A stretch of DNA of 64,000 nucleotides from Dimorphilus gyrociliatus (taxonomy: Eukaryota > Animalia > Annelida). The translations under genes were made by a program, and so were the position numbers. Location of the stretch: NCBI GenBank assembly GCA_904063045.1, contig CAJFCJ010000002.1, forward strand, positions 3,033,891-3,097,890. The letters run 5' to 3'. Shown one piece after another: positions 12,313 to 25,351 of the stretch (positions are counted from its first letter, which is position 1; each line of letters starts with the position of its first letter). The notes under the pieces were generated by a model. That model was not told where the DNA came from. It made no database searches and was given only the letters and a program-made list of their open reading frames with translations.

Positions 12313-15300
12313 ACTAAAAGTATATTCATATATAGTTTTTACTTATGTATTCAGTACTGTCGACTGATTAGGTTTTTTTTTACGTAGGTGGAAATATTTA
12401 GTTAAAAGCTGTGCTTAAAAAATTCAAGATCTGTAGAAATACTAATAAATAATACCGTAGTCTTTTCTTCTCATTTCCCTTAAATACATTTTTTAAGTGT
12501 TTTCTGATCATAAACCTTTTTGCCTATTTACCTCTTCTCTTTCTTAGTTTAGGATTATTTTATTCAATTTTTATATATTTAAATATGTATCTTCTATTTA
12601 GATATGCAAATGAATTTTTTACATTGTTTGTCAATGTAATGATGTAATAAATTTTATAATGGCGAGCAGGAGGGGGAGGGAGCTGTTTATGGCAAAAAGA
12701 TATCTTTCTCTAAGATCTTTCAGGGGGCAGTGAAGGTGGGATTAAAGACCTTTGGGAAATTGCTGGGGTCGGGCGGTTTGAAAGGACATTTCGTAATATT
12801 TATGGGTCACCCATATATTTGCTTTATATTGCAAATTAACGAGATCTTCAATGCCGCGCCCTGAATCATTGGCCTAATAATGTCTGGATTTACAATGAGA
12901 AAAGTCTCTCATTTCTCACTATTGATAAAAGTCTATAATAAATATGTATACAGTGGAATATGTTACGCAGTAAGTATCAAGACTAAAGATTTAATAATTT
13001 ACAACATTTTCATATTAGGATAGACATAAAGTAGGTTGAACAAACGTATTTTAATGAGAATAAACATATTAATTATTACTATCATTATTTGATATTGCCA
13101 ATGGTATGCGCAAATTTCCTTTTTTACTAGCATTTATCTCCAGTAAGAAAAGAAGAAAGGTAAGCGCTGGCTTGTTTCAAACAAGGTAAATGATACCGTA
13201 TGGTAATCATCGGTTTCTAACAAACAAAATTCTTTTAAACAAAAAAAAATAACAAACTACGATTGGAATGCGATTGTTTTCCGTAGAATGACGTTTGTGA
13301 AATGTTTTCACCTCTATAATTTCGGCAACTATTCCTTAAAAAACCGCCTCAATTTTTCTTTCCTACACGCCTCCACTTACACCCACTCGCCCACCCCATT
13401 CACTATCCAATACGCCAGTAATTTTCGAGAGAGTGAGAGAGAGAAACGACTATTATTAGCAATTCCTTTATTTAAGGAACTGAGGTGGTAGGTGAGCGGA
13501 TAGACAGAAGGAAAGAGAAGAGGAGAGTATGTTTAAGGGAAAGAGGGAATTGTATACAAATTTCAAATTCTGGCAAAAAAGAAACCGCGGCGTCCACGCG
13601 CTTTCAGGAACGCGCATTAAAATTTCCATTTTCCCTCTATAGAAATCAAGTATAAATAAGAAAAAGTTTAGTTTTACCTTTGATTTCTTTTGTTCAGCCC
13701 TTTGGGACGGTGAGTGAATTTTACTATGTTTGCGTAACGACGATGGATCAGTGTAGCGTTTATTACATCCAGGTATTGAACAAACATAAGGTTTCTGAAA
13801 ATAAAAAGAAAAAAGCAGCTGTTTTAATATATTCAATACATAAAGTACATTATTCTAGTTTACACGTAAAATTCGTATAACTTTTAAAGGGTTATGATTA
13901 AATATATAGGCTTAACAGATCCACACACAAAACTACAGGCCTGACAATCGTAAACACACTAGTTTGAATAGTTTTTACACTTTGTCAATGTTGTTTGACT
14001 TGAGAAATGTTTATTTCAAGTAATGTAGCCAATTTATTCCAGTTTTTTTTTTAAAAAAAAATAGTCTTCTCTTTTCTTTTCTTTTTTTTTTACATATAGT
14101 TTAACATATCCTTCTTGTTCAAAGAATTTGTTTTTATAGCTTATACGTTATACTAATATTATAGTGTGAAAATAAAGGAAAAGTTTTAACCTTGACAAAA
14201 TTTCGATAGCTTGCTAATTAGAATCGGTATATGTACTGTATATACATCACTGTATATATATACATTGTTTATATAGAAATATAGAAAAAACAGAAGGGAA
14301 ATTGATATAGAAACGCTAGAAAAAATTCTTAGAATACTTAGTAGTTTAGATACTATTCTGCTTATAGTAACCGATATCATTTACCAAACAAATATCAATA
14401 AGAATTACTTATTTTTTTCACATTAAAAAAAGATAATTTATTCTACTGGGCTCGGTGGATTATAGCGATTAATTTTCTTACTAAGAAATTGGCCTCATTC
14501 GGATTAAGTTAACAATAGTAAGCTTTTACCCGTTTGTAATTGTAGCCGATATATGACGCATTTTTAACCGTTTACTAATAATAACAGTTCTTTTTTACCT
14601 CTAAAAGTACTAACTAATTATATTAGCATAAAAAGTGTTATTTAACAGCTATTAGTATAACCAATTCGAAAGAAAAGTAAAGAGGCTCTGTGACGTACGA
14701 AACGTGATTTAACCTTGAAGCAAAGTCAATAAAATCGATACATGTTTTATATACAAAGTATACAGAATGCATTGAACTCATGAATAGTTTAACTTGGAAG
14801 AAAAGATATTTAGATTAATATTGTTATAAATACATTTGTGCATATATAAACATACAGTATATTTATTAATACATAAATATAAAAAATGTAAGCCTATAAG
14901 ACAAAATAGAACTCCCTTATTTTCTGATTGATCGGAACGTTTGAACACGAAAATCATTTATAAAAGAAATTAAAGAAAAGTTGATGAGAAAAGATAAAAG
15001 TAGAAAATCTAATTTAGATTTGATGTTTTTTAAACAGTTTTTTTTAAATATATAAAGAAAAAGTGTACGAACCGTATCCAAATGCGTTCTTTGATGCTTC
15101 GCTCTATCTGAACTATTGCTGAACGCTTTGGGACAACCAGCATGTTGGCATAAGTAAGGTCTCTCTCCAGTATGAGAACGTAAATGTATCTTTAAATTTT
15201 CCAATCTGGAAAAGGCTTTATCACATCCTTCGAACTGTTTATGGGAAAAATTTTCAAATATAATTCTTATCCTCAAATCGAACTTTTTCAACAATCTTAT

Positions 15301-18020
15301 TTAGTTATTAAGTAGGCCATTATCTGCACTTTATAAATATGCCCTATTCAAAAATATACTGATCAATATTGGCGAGAGCAAAACGATAATAATTCATACC
15401 GGGCGGTGAGATCAAAAGCAAATGAACATTGTTAAAACGACATAAAAGAGTTAAAGTATATTCGAGCTAATAAACTACAACAGGAAACCGAAGGGTGTCG
15501 ATGCAATTGAACTACTTTATGCTCTTGGAATGCTAAGTTGAAATTAGTGATATTATTCAATAAAATACAATAAATAACAGTATTCTTAATGTCTCTTATT
15601 ATAGAAAAAGTACTAAATGGCGTAAAATAGTATCTTTTGCATATCTTTATTTTCAAAATCGTATACAAAGCGGCATCGTTTGAAGAAGAAGGGTTTAAAA
15701 AGAAAACCCACCTATTATTTATATATATATATATATATACTTTCTATAAATAAATACTAGTACGTTATATAATATTTAATATTATTATAATATCCTATTG
15801 TTTTATATAATAAATAAACTTTTTTCCTTCAAATCTCTTCGCATTTATGTTTTCTTTTCTTTTTTTTTTAATTAATAGGCTTACAGCTATGGAATTTCAA
15901 CCTCGATTTTACAATTGATTAACTTTATTGCTTTATTATCTCACTTTTCTGTGATTGTATTAATAAAAAAAATGTAGTAGAGTTCAGAATGAAATATACT
16001 CGACAATATTTTTCGTACTATTGTCTTCATTAATACTATTGGCTGATAAACTTTATATATATATATATATATATATTCAATATACTGTAATATATTGATT
16101 TATTGATAGATTTCATTATACCTAGGGAATTATATTAAAAGTACATGTTGCCTATTACTTATTCTTTCGAACGCAAAAGTTCCAATGCTGGTCATCAATT
16201 TCACTCAGTTGGAAGTTGAATTTTTATTTATTATATAGGACTAGTTGTAACGGCTTTTTAAAAACGTATTTTTTCCTATAAAAGAATTGTACAGCTATTA
16301 GATTAAATGCCATAAAAAGAGCTGTTATTTACTAAATTTACAATAATTGAAAAGTAATTTGTTAAATATTGATCAAATTGTAGATTTACAAATAATTTAA
16401 TAAATAAAGAGTAGTTTTTCCGGTAATGAAAAATAACAACCTTGCAAATATGATTTATTAGTTTGTAAATCTATTTCATTTTTTCTACTTATCTAAATAT
16501 CGATTTTATTGATCTGGTATAGATCTTTTATAATACTTTAATCGTGTAGAATATAAGAGTGTCGTGTCATCAATTACATAATGGATATTAGGCTAAGTAA
16601 AATAAGAAATAATTTAGATGTAGAACTATATCTATATGTAATCAAATTTTTGAAAAATTATCTTCCTGAATTTGATTAAAATGATCGATTTTTAAAGAAT
16701 GCGTGTTGCGAAAAAAAGAGAAAAAACAGCCTGTAAAATTGGTTAAAATTAAATAGATTATATAGGCTGTACATGTACAATAGATATAGGCGCTCTTGTA
16801 AAAAGTTTTATGTAAAGTATGTACGGAAATGAAATGATATATAGGAAAAACTTACAGTGCACTTGTTAGGCTTTTCACCAGAATGAGTTCGCATATGAAT
16901 CAGTAATTTATAACGTGCGTTGAACGGTTTTTGCCTCCTGGGACAACCTTTCCAAAAGCAGGTGAAATCCTCCCCCTTCCTTTGGTCTATATGATTTTTC
17001 TCGATATGTCTGACCAATTCTTCCCTTTCACCAAACTCTTTATCGCAATCTATCCATTCGCAATCGAACTTTTCAGTTTTACCTAATTCTTCCAAATTCC
17101 AATTGGATTTAACCACAATCGTATTAGATTGAACGCTCTCCGGTGGGTAAAACGACTGTCTACTTTCAGCGCTTGATAAACTATTCCTTGCCGACAAATG
17201 ACCGAATTCGGCCGAGGGCGTTGACGAGCTCGAGGCTCTTAAAGATTTCGGAGAAAAACGTATTAAAGCATTCAGATCAACTCCTTCAGTTGTGGGCGAT
17301 AACGATAAGGGACGCTTATTCGTTTTAGCTGAATAATCAGTTAGACGACTGGAACAACGGGATCCCGTAAATTCTACAACGGAAGGAAGTTTATTAGGTA
17401 GCCATGGGTCCTTTGGGGATTCGTAAGAAAGAGATGACCCTGTAAAAAAGTAGAAGATTGAGCATAAAATGAAAGAAAAGCGATATTATTTAATTATTCT
17501 AAGGATGATTGAAAAACTTAATTGTATAATTATTTAAGGTATGAAGTAAATAATTTATAGTGGCTTGATTTGATTAAAGAATTATGCCTAATTCAAATAC
17601 ATTTCATTCTCCTCCATTATTATTTTTCTGCAATTCTTTAATATTTCTTCGTATAGTTTTTTGAATATACTGTATATATATATATAAAACAGTATCCGAT
17701 TGATTATTACGACTACAAAGCAGTGAAATATAGTGCGCATTTAGTTTTATATGAGATATACTTTGGAATTTAGAAGTTTAATTAGAAAAACGAGAGATTA
17801 TAAAGATAATACGATGTTCTATACGTTCAACAGTACTTGTCTTTGAAAATATAAAATGTAATCCTTTCTTCCTTTCTTAATAACAAAAGCAAGAGGGAAA
17901 AAAAAGCTTAATTAATTTGTATGAGTCATTCATAAGATATTTCTACTAATTTTTCCTTAACAAAAATACCTAAATAAACCATAGAAAATTGGTAAAATAG
18001 ATAAAATAAGTTCGTGTTAC

Positions 18021-18054
<34 letters not shown>

Positions 18055-21000
18055 CTATTTAAATTATTTGAAAAGTATGCTTGTACAACCACTTTCTTTT
18101 TTGTAATAGTTATTTTTATTTACTCTATTTGTAAATAAAAATTTGTAATAATAAATAAATATAAACATCTTTAATAGTTTTTTGATCCTTTTATATTTAG
18201 GTTAAATCACTAATTTTTATTTTATTTTTTAATTATTTTTTTTTTTTTAAAAAAAAGAAGCTTACCATTTTGATAGAGAGGCGGCATACGAGGCACACTA
18301 CAGGAATTTTTCGCCATTGAAGTCTCCGATTCTGTCAGATATTCTAATTTCGGTACACCATTTTTTGGTCGTCTTTTTGCATGTCTTGGTGTTGAGTTTT
18401 GACTCATTCTATGGGAAAAATATTCCTTATCGGTTAAGATTGATTTTAAACAGCAATAAAAATTTGTCTATTGATGACGTCATGCGTTATCGCTTTTATC
18501 TCACTGTAACGATTTATCGCCAATAATATAAATGAATATATTCTCGGATATACTGCACACAAACATATATATATATATAATACAATAATAATATAATATA
18601 AAACAATATATATATATATATATATATACTGTATATATTCATTCATTCATATATTCTCTTAAGATATTCAACTATTTACATTCACATAAATGTATAAGTT
18701 GAAAATTGTAAACATTACGATAATTTTCTCTCTCTACTCTTTTATTACGCCGTACTCCATTCAATATGAGAGTTACATAGCCGAGAGTGTTCAGTTTTCT
18801 TAAAACATTCATGGGATTAGTTCATTAATCGATGACCTACTTGCTCGATCTCTATAGACTATGCTGATCGACAGCTTTAGAAAAGGTCAAGGTAAACAAA
18901 ACGAGCAATTCAAGAAAAATCTTTAAGTAAAAGCGCAATTTCATATTGATTTCCAAATATAGGCCTGAAAATGAAAAAATTATGGAAATATTTTTTACCT
19001 TTTACTTTTTTAATGTCAGTTTGAAAATTTTTAATCCATTCTCCTAACTAAGGTTCAACATGGTTTATCACTCGATAATCCAATCGAAAGATTAAAAGAA
19101 AATGTTCAATAACGGAATCTGTTACCTCATTGTGGTTGGGCCGATAGACGTAATAAATTTGCCTCAAGGTAAAACTTCAACCCCAGGGAATAATTAATCA
19201 AAGTATGGCACAAACATTATTGCATTGATCAATGAGGGACATATTTTAAAATTTGTCTCTTATTTCTTTAAATTGTTTTCTTCATAAACGAAGAGAGTAT
19301 TGCGATTAAAGATAAAAAACCTACCGCATTTGCCATAGCAACTTTGGACGCTGACCAGCAGATGGCGTTTGCACAAAGAACTTTTTTGATAAATTTTAAA
19401 TTAAACACGTAAAAATTCCTTTTTAGACATTTAAAGAACGGAAAATGTCTAGAAAATAAATATATCACGTCGCTAATAAGGCGTAGAAAAAGGGGCAAAG
19501 GCCGAAAGCGGCAAAGCTTCTGTGATCACTATCCTCTTCATCATCTCAACTTCAAGCGTCATTAACTATCAACAATTGGGCAAGGTTTTCACTTATTCGT
19601 TTCCGAAGTTTGAATAAAAATAAGCCTATATCTTTCTTCAGTTTTCAAATTTACAGATTCCGTTTGATTGAACAAAATAATTATGAAAAGTATACGAATG
19701 ATTATCAATTTCTTGCTTGTTTTCTTTAAGAAAAAACAGTTTTTTTTCTTTTTTTTCTTAAAGTATATTTATAGAACGTGGGAATGCGGAGGATTTGTGA
19801 TTAATTGAGCATGATGAGATGGGCAGTTGGGTATAATGTATTTATGGCGTTTTTAGTGTCCAACACTTAACGCCCGTCACAAAAAGTTGATAGAATTACC
19901 ATTTTTTTTTTTACAATATCTAAATTATTACCAAGAATATTGTCTTTATCAAGTGCTTCTTCTTATTCTCTTGAGGAATAGCAAGATATTTAATCCTGTT
20001 ATTTTTATATTGGAAATTCAAAAATATATAAAAGAAAATAATTAATTTTAAAATATTTCCTTTTCACATAGGCTTCTCCCTTGAGAACGAGAAACAGAGC
20101 TGGAGAGTGGGGGGGAGTTAGAAAAGGAAGAGAGAGAGAGAAAAAAAAGAAAGAGAGAGGGGGGAGAGGTAGAGAGGTGTGGCCTATTTCTCATAGATCA
20201 CTTGAACGAGTTCGTTGTCGTAAATTTGATGAATAACCTTTCAAATTTGAACTTTCTTTCATTTATGTACCCCACCATATGCATATACAATTATCTCACT
20301 TCCTGCAATAGGGCATAATTTTTCCAAAAGAAATCAATTTTCTCACTTTATCATCATCTTTTCTCAACTAATTACGTTTAATTGCATTTAAGGTAACGAA
20401 AAAATTGTTTATTATAACAACCTTTCATACTGTTGAAATGGCGTATTTTCAACTTATTCCCTACTTTTTTATATTTAATATGTTTTTAAATTTGTCCATA
20501 TTGCCTCTTTTTGTTAGTTAGAAAGAAAACGCTTTAGAAAGTAACTAATCACTCTTAAAATCAACCAGAAATCGAGGTCATAACGGCATAACCCTGTTTG
20601 AATACGGAAACAGTGATTATCATAATTTCGAGCATCTGACACAAAAAACGCCGTCAGCATTCTGACCCAGTTTTTTCGTGACGTCGCTTTTTTTTGTTCA
20701 TGATGTATTGTTCCCATTCGAAAAGCAGGAAAAGTTACAAAAGAAAATTATTATTATATTAAATAATGAGAAAACAAAAACTTTTGCTTAAAGAAAAGAA
20801 GAGAAGTATGGAAGATTAATTTATTTAAATTGAATTCGAGATTTTTGCTGCCCTAGAATTGTTTCTAGGAGAAAGACAAAAACAAATTGAACGAATTCAA
20901 CAATAACAACAATAGCAATAAAAAGATATAGATTAATTTAAATATTATTAATAATGAACCTATTAAATTAAGTAATTTTCTGGATTTTGGTTTATTTTTT

Positions 21001-21472
21001 GAAAGAATATAAATGAAGTTTATAAAACATATCAAAACAACTTATCAAACGTTTTTAAGATTAGTTCTTTGATCACCTTTAATTTAAAACACGCATGTGA
21101 TTTTCATGAAAAAGAAACGAAATTGTAGCACGCGAGAAGCCAATCGGTTCTTAGCTCGTTGTACACTGAATAGATTGACCAAACTGACCATTATATTGGT
21201 CAATGATCTGATTATGCGGTCAGAGATAGTTATCAAAAAAATTTTTCTAATGGAAATTTAATTACTATCTAACGTCTGCTATCGAATAGTTTTAAAAAAT
21301 TTAAATAACTTAATTCTACATACGGATAGTTGGTCTTCTTCCAATGATAATCCTCTGGATCGGAGATATAATCCTTTCTAAATCGCTTTGTATTGTCAAC
21401 AATCTCCTCCGATTTCCTTTTAGACGGTCTTACAACGCAGTAACAGGACACCTCCAATTCGAACGGATCCAT
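10047..21472 (-). CDS. GLIS1/3: GLIS1/3-type Kruppel-like zinc-finger transcription factor (5 C2H2 fingers). Exons approx. 21472-21324, 18408-18266, 17439-16856, 15234-15073, 13794-13678, 11920-11733, 10710-10282, 10199-10047
   Basis: [75 protein letters not shown]|[15 protein letters not shown] is the GLIS1/3 finger array. Splice phases join all listed exons in frame. The 5'-most exon is less certain (about 0.6). Confidence 0.92.
12272..12308. repeat. (TA)n microsatellite; further (TA)n tracts near 15720, 16057, 18607, 34120, 36507, 39766, 40260, 42417
   Basis: Directly visible. Confidence 0.95.
18029..18054. repeat. (TC)n/GAGA microsatellite in a GLIS intron
   Basis: Directly visible. Confidence 0.9.
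19329..19367. promoter_or_regulatory. Adjacent RFX X-box (TTTGCCATAGCAAC, 19329-19342) and CTCF core motif (CCAGCAGATGGCG, 19355-19367) in GLIS intron 1
   Basis: 13/14 match to GTTGCCATAGCAAC and a perfect match to CCASYAGRKGGCR. Confidence 0.55.
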
Positions 21473-21699
21473 CTTTTAAAATAAACTTTAATTAAGGTCG
21501 AGTGGTGAAGCGCTGCAAAAGTTTACGCGCCAGACGACTAGAATAGCTAAAATAAAACATCAATCAACTATCAAAGATTCCGACGTGTACAAAGGGCTCA
21601 TATTTCACGCCGTAAACAGTCCGACTTCACTACTAACCGACAACGGGTCGATCGAGCACGGTGGAAGGCGGAGCATAAATTTTTACGGCCGATTGAACT

Positions 21700-21740
21700 A
21701 TCCAATGACGCCAAAGATGCTGATCACGTGACATGTGGCA
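21700..21740. promoter_or_regulatory. Candidate GLIS proximal promoter: CCAAT + TGACG half-CRE and palindromic E-box TCACGTGA
   Basis: Motif cluster in a CpG-richer patch (21500-21800) about 250 bp upstream of the first predicted GLIS coding exon. Confidence 0.4.
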
Positions 21741-22734
21741 GTTCGCGTTTCGAGTGTCGGTAGTGGATTGATGACTTTTTCACTGATGCAGTTCGATGGG
21801 CGTTAATAATATTTACGTTTTATAGAAGAGTCGAGTGCCTTCATACAAGGAATGCTAAGTCAAAACATAAAATTTAAGATATTTCCAATTAAAACACAAC
21901 TAGGAAATGATTAAGAATGATGGTTTTACAGAAATATTCCATTATGCAAATTACACTTTTAATTGTTTTGTATGGAAAATACCTATTGATTCAAATTAAA
22001 TTTCCAACTTACTAATCAACCCGAGAACTTGTAAAGTTGAAAAAGAAAAGTAGAAAAGGTTAAGAAGACATGACTTTTTTCCTTCGGGTTACAAGCTAAA
22101 ATAAAAAAGATTATATCAATAGAGGAAAATGTGTAAATATCAAATGGAAAATCGTGTTTTTTAATAGTTTACTGACACTTTAAATTATCTAACTACACTT
22201 CATAGGAAACGGTTTTTTTGTATTTATGAAAACAGGGCAAAAGAAGTTTTTGATACTCTTGTTGAAAATAGATTGTATACTTTTAACAATGAACTATTGA
22301 TATTCTTTAGTGTAATATTTTTAGAGCGAAAAATGAGTATCTTAAAAAAGTCAAATTAAAAATTCGATGCGGAATCTTCTTCTCTATTCAAAACTACGTA
22401 AAAGTAGTAATCGAGCAGATGAAAAAGGTTGGAACTATTTGGACAGGAAAATAACATGTTATTTAAATAGAATGCGATTAGAAAAGGCGACATGACTCGG
22501 ACTATCACTAGGAACTCGCCGAATACAATAAATAAGTTTAGAGGTCAATCTTACGAGCCATTTAATGCTACATGATGTATTACTTGTGTCATGCAATATT
22601 CTTTGATCGAGTTATGCTTGATTTCTATAACAATTCCTTAAAGAATAAAAAATAAAATACTCCAATAATTGTTATAGAGTATAAAAGTTTAAAAAAAAAA
22701 AGAATGAAAAAAATCGAAAGGGTTACGACTTTTA

Positions 22735-22858
22735 CGGAAGTGACGCCTATATTTTGTATATAAAAAACGAAATATGGAAGGTAGATAATTTTAACGCTCA
22801 CGACCTGCCAAAGCCACCTGCTTACACCCCCTTTGATCAGGCGCCCAGTAATTTGCAT
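22735..22858. promoter_or_regulatory. Dense TF-site cluster: ETS-CRE composite CGGAAGTGACG, E-box CACCTG, TCF/LEF CCTTTGATC, octamer ATTTGCAT
   Basis: Exact motif matches at 22735-22745, 22815-22820, 22830-22838 and 22851-22858. Confidence 0.5.
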
Positions 22859-23706
22859 ACATCGTTTTTATAGAGCCATTACAATAAGCTTTCAGCAAGT
22901 CCCGTTCGGTTTTTAGGTTTTTAAGTGGGTATAAACGTATACAATTTGCTTGACGGCGATTGAAAACTTGAATTTCGATATTATTTAAAAACGCTATCGT
23001 TTTTAAATTTTATAAATATCTTTTGATCTCAGTATTCTGTAAAAGTCTTATTTTTCTTCTTTCTTTCCATTTCAATAATATATCCTTTTCACCAAGCTAG
23101 AAAGTCTATTTCAAAAAACGAAGCCTTCTTCATCTATCATTAGATCATCCCAGTTCTATTTAAATATACAAAATACTTTTACAATTGTTGTCATTCCGCA
23201 TATGGATCAATTTTTTATACCTGCTTTGATAAAATTTGATTGTTCCTTTTTTTAAAGATATCATTCAGATGCCCTTCATAATTATTTATATAAATCGTTG
23301 GTTATTTTTTGATTGACTATATAAGAAACTTATCTAACCAATAATTATACGCAATAAAATATAAGAACGCTTATTTCATTCATTTATTGTACTAGTCATA
23401 AGATTTATTGCTTCGATTTCGTTCCTCATCTATATCTTTCTTAAGATGTCAAAAAAACAAAATTAAAAAAAAAGTACTTAAATTTAAGATATCTCTTCGT
23501 TGAATCTTGCGTCTGTTAAGGAAAGATATATATTCTAATATATAGGGTATGATAATATATTACGACTTAAGAGGGTTAAAATTATACGGGATTTTCGATA
23601 CTGTAACAAAGTAGAGAGCACAACGATACTTGTAATTTTGTGCCGCCTGTTAAAAAATAGGGGCTATATTTCTCATTCAACCTAAATTCACAATTATTCA
23701 GTTTCT

Positions 23707-23763
23707 CTATCTATCTATCTATCTATCTATCTTTTCCTCCTTCTCTCTCTCTCTCTCTCTCTC
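23707..23763. repeat. (CTAT)n followed by (CT)n compound microsatellite
   Basis: Directly visible. Confidence 0.9.
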
Positions 23764-24435
23764 TTCCTTTTTTTCTTTATACGTATAATATGCAGTTTAT
23801 AAATATAATAGAAAATTTATATCAATTATGATAAAATTCCTCCCTTTCTTCCTTTCTTTCCCTATATTAATTATTCTTTAGAGTTTGAACAAACATTCGA
23901 TTATTTGTAATGTTACGGTCAGAACATACCAGATAAGCATCTCTCAAATGCTATATAAAAAAAATTATAATGGCCCTACGTGGTGTATGGCTCCTACGAG
24001 TTGAGGTATAGCTCACCCTTTTTTTATTTGATCTTTGATAATAGCACTTAAACTCCTAACAGTTACCTATACAATGGCTCCATCTTTCGGATTTCGGAAA
24101 GAAATGTGATTTTTCTCTCCCGCCTCGCCCTTTCCTTATCCCCTTCAACAGGAAGTTAAGACATAACGGCGAAAAGAAAGTATGCGATACATATTATTGA
24201 TTTGTTATTGTATCAATTTATTATTTATTTTAAGCTTTTTCAAGCTATTTTGCCCTATGCAAATACATCTATTATAGTTGAACAAGAAAAGAAAAGACAA
24301 CCTGTAATATTTCAACATTTGTGTTAGAAAAGGACGTTTTATTTTTCGTATAAAAATTTTTGTATAGGTTGGCGAAAATGAAACGAGTTGAAATTTATAT
24401 AAAAGAGAGACGGAGTCAGACAGAGAGTAAAAGGA

Positions 24436-24488
24436 GGGGGGGGTGAAGAACGGGGGGGGCGAGGGGAGGGGAGAAGGGGGGTAAGGGG
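24436..24488 (+). other. G-quadruplex-forming sequence candidate (six G-runs: G8, G8, G4, G4, G6, G4)
   Basis: GGGGGGGG-TGAAGAAC-GGGGGGGG-CGA-GGGG-A-GGGG-AGAA-GGGGGG-TAA-GGGG. Confidence 0.7.
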
Positions 24489-25351
24489 TTGGCATGGAAG
24501 AAAGGAAAAAAGCATAAGATCGTATTACTTGTTTTGTAAATATTAGTTAAAAATAAATTCAATCAAAATATAGTTGAATGTTTTTCACGTTATTCGTATT
24601 TATATTAACAGTAAAAACTTGTAGACCACACATTGCCAATATGATAGAATATCAATCTACGAATACTGTTTTTTATAGAATTTTTCCGCAAAGTTCTCCC
24701 ATATTTCCCTCTCTTCATTTTATTTTAATGTAGTATTCATATATATAAATACACCTTTCAATACTTATTTGATTAGTGTTGATCGTTGATTATTGACAAT
24801 TTGTCAACAAATATTTTTTTACTTTGCTCCATTAATAGTATGTATTCTGCTTATTTGAATAACTTAACAAGTAGGTTGTATTCCTTGCCGTAGGAAAATT
24901 TTAGAGGTCAAATCTTTTTCATTACGTGATCCTTAACTTTGCTAACATCTATCTACAGAATATTGATTACAAGAAAAGAGTCAATAGTTTTCGTATTCTA
25001 TCATTTAAAACGAGAAAATTGTAGTATTTTAAACAAATTCAATAATAAAGTATTGTTATTATACTTTATTGAATTTTATTTTAATATTGTTAATACACTG
25101 TGTTGCGTATAGTGCGATTTTCATTAAGACTTGGATAAAAGATAAATACGAGTACTTAAACAATTCATTCTTCGTTACTGAAAGGCTTTGAAAAGATCAT
25201 TTTGGAAACATTTAGAACCATTTATTTGAAAAAAACCAACAACTTTTTGACTAGTCATACGCATCCTCTTTCATAAGAAAATTAGAAAATTAGAAAATTC
25301 ACTGTATGTAATATTCATAATATTTTGCATAGCATTAGAAGAAAGACGATC

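Noticed and set aside
14106-14113. ATATCCTT U12-type donor-like words (also about 23079 and 40105)
   Set aside because: Wrong strand or intergenic; all reconstructed introns are ordinary U2-type GT-AG.
23975-24025. Pol III-like unit (TGGTGTATGG...TTTTTTT)
   Set aside because: A-box-like start only; no B-box and no convincing fold.
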